From the NCBI GenBank assembly GCA_049975505.1, contig JBNGCY010000001.1:41149-105148 (forward strand): DNA of 64,000 nt, in the 5' to 3' direction. The notes beneath the pieces are model-generated. The model saw nothing but the letters and a program-made list of their open reading frames with translations. It made no database searches and was not told the origin of the DNA. Made by a program: the position numbers and the translations under genes. How positions within the stretch are numbered: the stretch's first letter is position 1; each line of letters begins with the position of its first letter. Source of the DNA: Desulfuromonadaceae bacterium. Lineage in GTDB: Bacteria > Desulfobacterota > Desulfuromonadia > Desulfuromonadales > Desulfuromonadaceae. Positions 59,715 through 64,000 of this stretch are shown in pieces.

Positions 59715-61418
59715 ATGTCTGTAGATATGACAGTTAAAATCGGCGGCGAAGCCGGCCAGGGAATCCAGACCGTAGGAGACCTTCTGTGCCGCGTATCCCG
59801 AAAGGCCGGTTATTATTTTCTTGCCGTCAACGACTATGAATCCAGGGTGCGCGGAGGGCATAACTTTTTTCAACTGCGCATCAGCGACAAGCCGGTACTT
59901 GCACCCGCATCTGCGGTGGATCTGCTTGTTGACCTGGATGGGATCACGTGTAAACAGCATGGGCACGAACTCACGGACGACGGAATAATCCTGTGCCGCC
60001 CGGAGCAGAAACCGGAGGGGAAGCAGATTCTGGCTGTGGATTTCACCACCCTGGCGAAAGATGCAGGCGACAAAGCGACGGAAAACACCGTGGCCGCATG
60101 CGTATGCCTCGCTCTGCTTGGGGCTGAAAAAGAGCTGTGCCGCAAGGTGGTTGAAATGCTTTTTGCCCGTGCGGATAAAAAGCTGATTAACGCAAACCTG
60201 AAGGCAGTGGAGACCGGATTTGCCCGCGTACACGAATCTGACTTAAAAGGCTGGGAGCTTACCTGGAAGGAACAACAGCCAGCAGGAGCCATGCTCGATG
60301 GAGCTAAAACCCTGGCTCTGGGGGCTGTAGCTGCCGGCTGTCGCGTGGGAGCATTCTACCCCATGTCCCCTGCCACGGGAATTATGACTCAGTTGGTGCA
60401 ACTGGCTGAACTCTTTCCCCTGGTGGTGGAACAGGCTGAAGATGAGCTCGCGGCAGTAAATATGGTGATCGGCTCCAGTTTTGCGGGATCCCGGGCACTT
60501 ACCGCCACAAGTGGCGGTGGTTTTGCCCTCATGACAGAAGGGATAGGCCTTGCTGCTATAACCGAAACCCCGCTGGTTGTCATCAACGCCCAGCGACCCG
60601 GGCCCGCTACCGGACTGCCCACGCGCACCGGTCAGGGCGATCTGCTCTTTACCCTCCATGCTTCTCAGGATGAATTCCCCCGTTTTGTTCTCGCCCCATC
60701 CACAGTGGCCGACTGCTTTACCACCATGCAGCGCGCCTTTTATCTCGCCGATACCTATCAGGTTCCGGTGGTGGTACTGGTGGATCAGTACCTGGTGAGC
60801 ACCTCAATGCTCGTAGAAGAGAAGCTCGCGATCAGTTCCGATGCTGCTCCTTCCGGTGTTCCGGAATCACCGAAAAATCCGGAAGCCTATGAACGCTTTG
60901 CCTTTACCCGGGATGGAATTTCACCCCGCCTGTTCCCCTGCCTGAGCCGGGCTCTGGTAAAAGCCACGGGCAATGAACACACTCCGGATGGGCATATCAG
61001 CGAAGATCGGGAAATCCGCAACGCCATGGTGGAAAAACGTCTGGCAAAACTCCCGGCCATGAAAAAGGAACAGCGCCCTCCCCTGCTCCACTACGAAGAT
61101 GCCGAATGGCTTCTGGTGAGTTGGGGCTCCAGCTACGGTATGGTGCGTGAAGCTGTCGAGATATTACGCGAGCACAAATATGAAGTTGGAATGATGCATC
61201 TGGTGGATATCTGGCCGTTACCTCAGGAACCTCTCCAAAGCATTCTCAACGAGCACAAATGGCTGCTGGTAGAGCAGAACGCCACCGCTCAGCTTGGCTG
61301 GATGCTGCGTGCCGAACTCGGAGTAGAGCCTCAGGACTCGATCCATCAGTACGATGGCAGACCTCTCGAAGTAGACCGCCTGGTAAAACTAGCGCAGAAA
61401 AGATTGGAGGTTGAATAA
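59715..61418 (+). CDS. korA: 2-oxoacid:ferredoxin oxidoreductase, fused gamma-alpha subunit
   Basis: 567 aa. An N-terminal gamma-like domain (GGEAGQGIQTVG) is followed by the alpha domain (FYPMSPATGIM). GGGAGG RBS. Confidence 0.85.
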   Translation: MSVDMTVKIGGEAGQGIQTVGDLLCRVSRKAGYYFLAVNDYESRVRGGHNFFQLRISDKPVLAPASAVDLLVDLDGITCKQHGHELTDDGIILCRPEQKPEGKQILAVDFTTLAKDAGDKATENTVAACVCLALLGAEKELCRKVVEMLFARADKKLINANLKAVETGFARVHESDLKGWELTWKEQQPAGAMLDGAKTLALGAVAAGCRVGAFYPMSPATGIMTQLVQLAELFPLVVEQAEDELAAVNMVIGSSFAGSRALTATSGGGFALMTEGIGLAAITETPLVVINAQRPGPATGLPTRTGQGDLLFTLHASQDEFPRFVLAPSTVADCFTTMQRAFYLADTYQVPVVVLVDQYLVSTSMLVEEKLAISSDAAPSGVPESPKNPEAYERFAFTRDGISPRLFPCLSRALVKATGNEHTPDGHISEDREIRNAMVEKRLAKLPAMKKEQRPPLLHYEDAEWLLVSWGSSYGMVREAVEILREHKYEVGMMHLVDIWPLPQEPLQSILNEHKWLLVEQNATAQLGWMLRAELGVEPQDSIHQYDGRPLEVDRLVKLAQKRLEVE

Positions 61419-62279
61419 ATGTCAACAGTCAAAGATTTCGCCAATGACTATGAAAATAAATGGTGCCCGGGATGCGGCAACTTCGGGATTCTACAGGCCA
61501 TGAAAAAGGCTTTTGTAGCCCGGGATCTTTCACCTCATGAGCTCCTGATTGTATCCGGGATCGGCCAAGCAGGAAAGACTCCGCATTTTCTGGAGTGTAA
61601 CTTCATACATACCCTCCATGGGCGTGCCCTTGCAGTAGCGAGCGGGGCGAAACTCGCCAATCACGATCTTAATGTCGTGGTAAATTCGGGCGATGGTGAC
61701 TGTTACGGCGAGGGGGGTAACCATTTTATTCACGCCGTGCGTCGCAATCTGGATCTGACCCTGCTGGTGCACAACAACCAGATCTACGGCCTCACCAAGG
61801 GGCAGGCATCTCCAACCACTGAAGAGGGAATGATCACCAAAATCCAGAGTCACGGGGTTCTCAACCGCCCTTTCCGCCCTCTGGCCGTAGCCTTGAGCCT
61901 CGGAGCCGGATTTGTCGCGCGCGGATTCTCCGGACAACCACAAGAACTTTCCACTCTGATCCAGGCCGGCATGAACTACAAGGGCTTCAGCCTGATCGAC
62001 ATTCTCCAGCCGTGTGTCTCATTCAATCATCTGAATACCGCTGCGTGGTACAAAGAACGCATTGTGGATGTGAATTCCCTCGAACACGACCATCAGGATC
62101 GCCAGGCGGCGATGCAACTGGCTATGGAATGGGAAGAGCGTATCCCGGTGGGGATAATATTCCAGAAAGATGAAGAGGATTTTACCACGCGCAACCCCTG
62201 GCTGCAGGACGGACCCATGTTACACCGAGAATATGATGTCGATAAAATAAATGCCTATATCGAAGGTATGTATCAGTAA
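61419..62279 (+). CDS. korB: 2-oxoacid:ferredoxin oxidoreductase beta (TPP-binding) subunit
   Basis: 286 aa. WCPGCGNFGIL and SGDGDCYGEGGNH TPP motifs. The start abuts the korA stop. Confidence 0.9.
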   Translation: MSTVKDFANDYENKWCPGCGNFGILQAMKKAFVARDLSPHELLIVSGIGQAGKTPHFLECNFIHTLHGRALAVASGAKLANHDLNVVVNSGDGDCYGEGGNHFIHAVRRNLDLTLLVHNNQIYGLTKGQASPTTEEGMITKIQSHGVLNRPFRPLAVALSLGAGFVARGFSGQPQELSTLIQAGMNYKGFSLIDILQPCVSFNHLNTAAWYKERIVDVNSLEHDHQDRQAAMQLAMEWEERIPVGIIFQKDEEDFTTRNPWLQDGPMLHREYDVDKINAYIEGMYQ

Positions 62280-62293
62280 GAATATACGCACGG

Positions 62294-62322
62294 GCCGGGG
62301 ATTTAATTCACCGGCCTTTTTA
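62294..62322 (+). terminator. candidate Rho-independent terminator after korB
   Basis: GGCCGG / CCGGCC stem with a 12-nt loop, followed by TTTTT. Confidence 0.45.
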
Positions 62323-62398
62323 CGCCACATCTATCTGAAAACCTGGTTTTGCATCCTTCAACAGCCATATTTACAATCTCGTTACGGGGCATGACCCA

Positions 62399-64000
62399 AT
62401 GACAGCAGAAAAACTCGATCATCACGGACATCAACTGCATATAAGTGCTCCATGGGCTGTTTCAAGTGACGAAATAGCACGACAACTTGAAATTGATCCC
62501 GCTAAAGGACTTAACAAAAAGCAGGTGCGCAGCCGTCTGCACACATATGGCCCCAACCTGTTGCGTAAAAAACAAAAAGTCAGTGCCTGGCAGATTCTTC
62601 TGAATCAGTTCAAAAGCCTGGTGATAATTTTACTTGGAATTGCTTCTGCAGTCGCTTTTCTGTTCGGCGAATGGATTGAAGGCTTTGCGGTGGCAATTGC
62701 CCTGGTGTTGAATGCGGCAATCGGTTTTCTGACCGAGCTCAAAGCCGCGCGCTCCATGGAGGCGCTGCACCAGCTGGAACAGATCAAAGCGCGGGTTCAC
62801 CGCAATGGCCACAACAGCGAGATCCCCGCTGCCGAACTGGTTCCTGGAGATGTAGTCCTTATTGATGCAGGGGATATAGTTCCCGCCGACCTGCGCCTCA
62901 TCGAAGCCAATCGTCTACAGGCGGATGAGTCCGCCCTGAGTGGGGAATCGGTTCCCGTTGATAAAAATACCGCCACACTGGACGAATCCACCCCTCTGGC
63001 TGAGCGCACCAATATGCTCTTCAAAAGTACCCCTGTCACTTCCGGTTCCGGTGCCGGAATCGTCACCGCCACCGGAATGCAGACCGAAATCGGCACCATC
63101 GCCGGCCTGGTTCAGGAGGCCGAGGATGAAATGACCCCCCTGGAAAAACGTCTGGAGCGCCTGGGGCGACGTCTGGTACTTCTCACTCTGGTAATGGGAG
63201 CAGTGGTGGCCGTGGCCGGGATCATCGGGGGCCGAAATGTGGTGCTGGTGCTTGAAACCGCCATTGCCATGGCAATTGCAGCCGTTCCGGAAGGGCTGCC
63301 GGTGGTGGCAACCATCGCCCTGGCACGTGGAATGTGGCGCATGGCGGCACACAATGCCCTGATCAGCCAACTATCCGCCGTCGAAACCCTGGGGGCCACG
63401 ACGGTAATTTTTACCGACAAAACCGGAACCCTGACCCAGAACCGCATGCAGGTAAACCACCTCATTCGTGCCGGGGAAGAAATTGACCTCAAAGAGAGCA
63501 ATCTTGAGACAATACACCGGGATAGTGTCGCGCAACGGATGCTTCAGGTCGGGGTTCTGTGTAACAATGCCTCAATTGACAACGGAAAAGAGATGGGAGA
63601 CCCCACTGAAACCGCTCTGTTACGCATTGCGGAAGCCTCCGGCATACATCGTCATACCCTGCTGGAGAAATATCCCGAAATTCGCGAAGAGGCCTTCAGT
63701 GCCGATACCAAGATGATGGCGACCCTTCACCAACATGAAGACAGGATAAGCGTTGCGGTAAAAGGCGCGCCGGAAGCGGTATTGCAGTGCTGCATCCGTG
63801 TGGCAGACGCCGACACGGAAAAAGAACTCTCCGATAGCGAACGCGCCCGCTGGGAAGAGAAAAACCTCGATCTTGCTTCCCGGGGGATGCGTATTATCGC
63901 CCTGGGTTACAAAACCACGCAAAACAAAGATGATAATCCCTATCAGGATCTTACCCTGCTCGGGTTTGCCGTCCTGCACGATCCGCCACGCGAGGATGTT
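62399..64000 (+). CDS. P2-type cation-transporting P-type ATPase (Ca2+/Mg2+-ATPase-like), 3' end outside the window
   Basis: Not in the ORF track because it has no stop inside the window. Hand translation from ATG 62399 gives MTAEKLDHHGHQLHISAPWAVSSDEIARQLEIDPAKGLNKKQV (cation ATPase N domain), ESALSGESVPV, the phosphorylation site IFTDKTGTLTQNRM, and LHDPPREDV at the window edge. Confidence 0.9.
   Translation, partial: MTAEKLDHHGHQLHISAPWAVSSDEIARQLEIDPAKGLNKKQVRSRLHTYGPNLLRKKQKVSAWQILLNQFKSLVIILLGIASAVAFLFGEWIEGFAVAIALVLNAAIGFLTELKAARSMEALHQLEQIKARVHRNGHNSEIPAAELVPGDVVLIDAGDIVPADLRLIEANRLQADESALSGESVPVDKNTATLDESTPLAERTNMLFKSTPVTSGSGAGIVTATGMQTEIGTIAGLVQEAEDEMTPLEKRLERLGRRLVLLTLVMGAVVAVAGIIGGRNVVLVLETAIAMAIAAVPEGLPVVATIALARGMWRMAAHNALISQLSAVETLGATTVIFTDKTGTLTQNRMQVNHLIRAGEEIDLKESNLETIHRDSVAQRMLQVGVLCNNASIDNGKEMGDPTETALLRIAEASGIHRHTLLEKYPEIREEAFSADTKMMATLHQHEDRISVAVKGAPEAVLQCCIRVADADTEKELSDSERARWEEKNLDLASRGMRIIALGYKTTQNKDDNPYQDLTLLGFAVLHDPPREDV

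Noticed and set aside
62605-63979. Several 60-150-aa minus-strand ORFs near the window end
   Set aside because: All lie antisense to the clearly coding P-type ATPase, which has DKTGTLT and DPPR motifs in the plus-strand frame from 62399.

Overview
I ran no similarity searches. All calls rest on reading the ORF translations for family motifs and reading the DNA by eye. The window looks like ordinary core chromosome of a deltaproteobacterium. The gene order resembles Geobacter, Pelobacter or Desulfuromonas, but that is inference from remembered synteny only. About 60 protein genes are tightly packed, mostly on the minus strand. The window opens inside a type I PKS / PUFA-synthase-like gene (KR+DH domains), followed by a DUF89 phosphatase and aroC. 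The long minus-strand housekeeping run, read in the direction of transcription, is yceD-rpmF-plsX-fabH-fabD-fabG-acpP-fabF, rpiB, glyA, dCMP deaminase, nrdR, ribD-ribE-ribBA-ribH-nusB and hom. After that come fxsA, a SAM methyltransferase, addB-addA, a membrane-anchored PQQ-type dehydrogenase-like gene and hldD. The middle of the window holds maeB, thrC, ccdA, recJ, a DUF2065-queA-tgt-yajC-secD-secF run, an aminotransferase, umuDC and hsp20. The last third holds an SDR/DUF2867 protein, an EVE-domain protein, an MFS transporter, an S1-domain protein, rubredoxin, a periplasmic rhodanese/YeeE-YedE sulfur module, a DRTGG protein, gloB, an M48 protease, a two-subunit 2-oxoacid:ferredoxin oxidoreductase and the 5' part of a P-type ATPase. 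I found no CRISPR array, prophage, tRNA or rRNA gene, or recognisable defence island. The one clearly unusual signal is a dispersed non-coding repeat of 145 or 157 bp. It has GTAAC... terminal inverted repeats, a nested hairpin core and perfect 8-bp AT-rich target-site duplications. There are six full copies, one internally deleted copy and one truncated copy, all intergenic. This behaves like a very dense MITE family, about one copy per 8 kb. It also explains several spurious N-terminal ORF extensions in the six-frame track. Secondary oddities are a 198-bp convergent overlap of recJ and ccdA, an uncharacterised secreted protein at the end of the sulfur operon, a 566-bp non-coding gap, and several very long antisense shadow ORFs, which I reject as genes.
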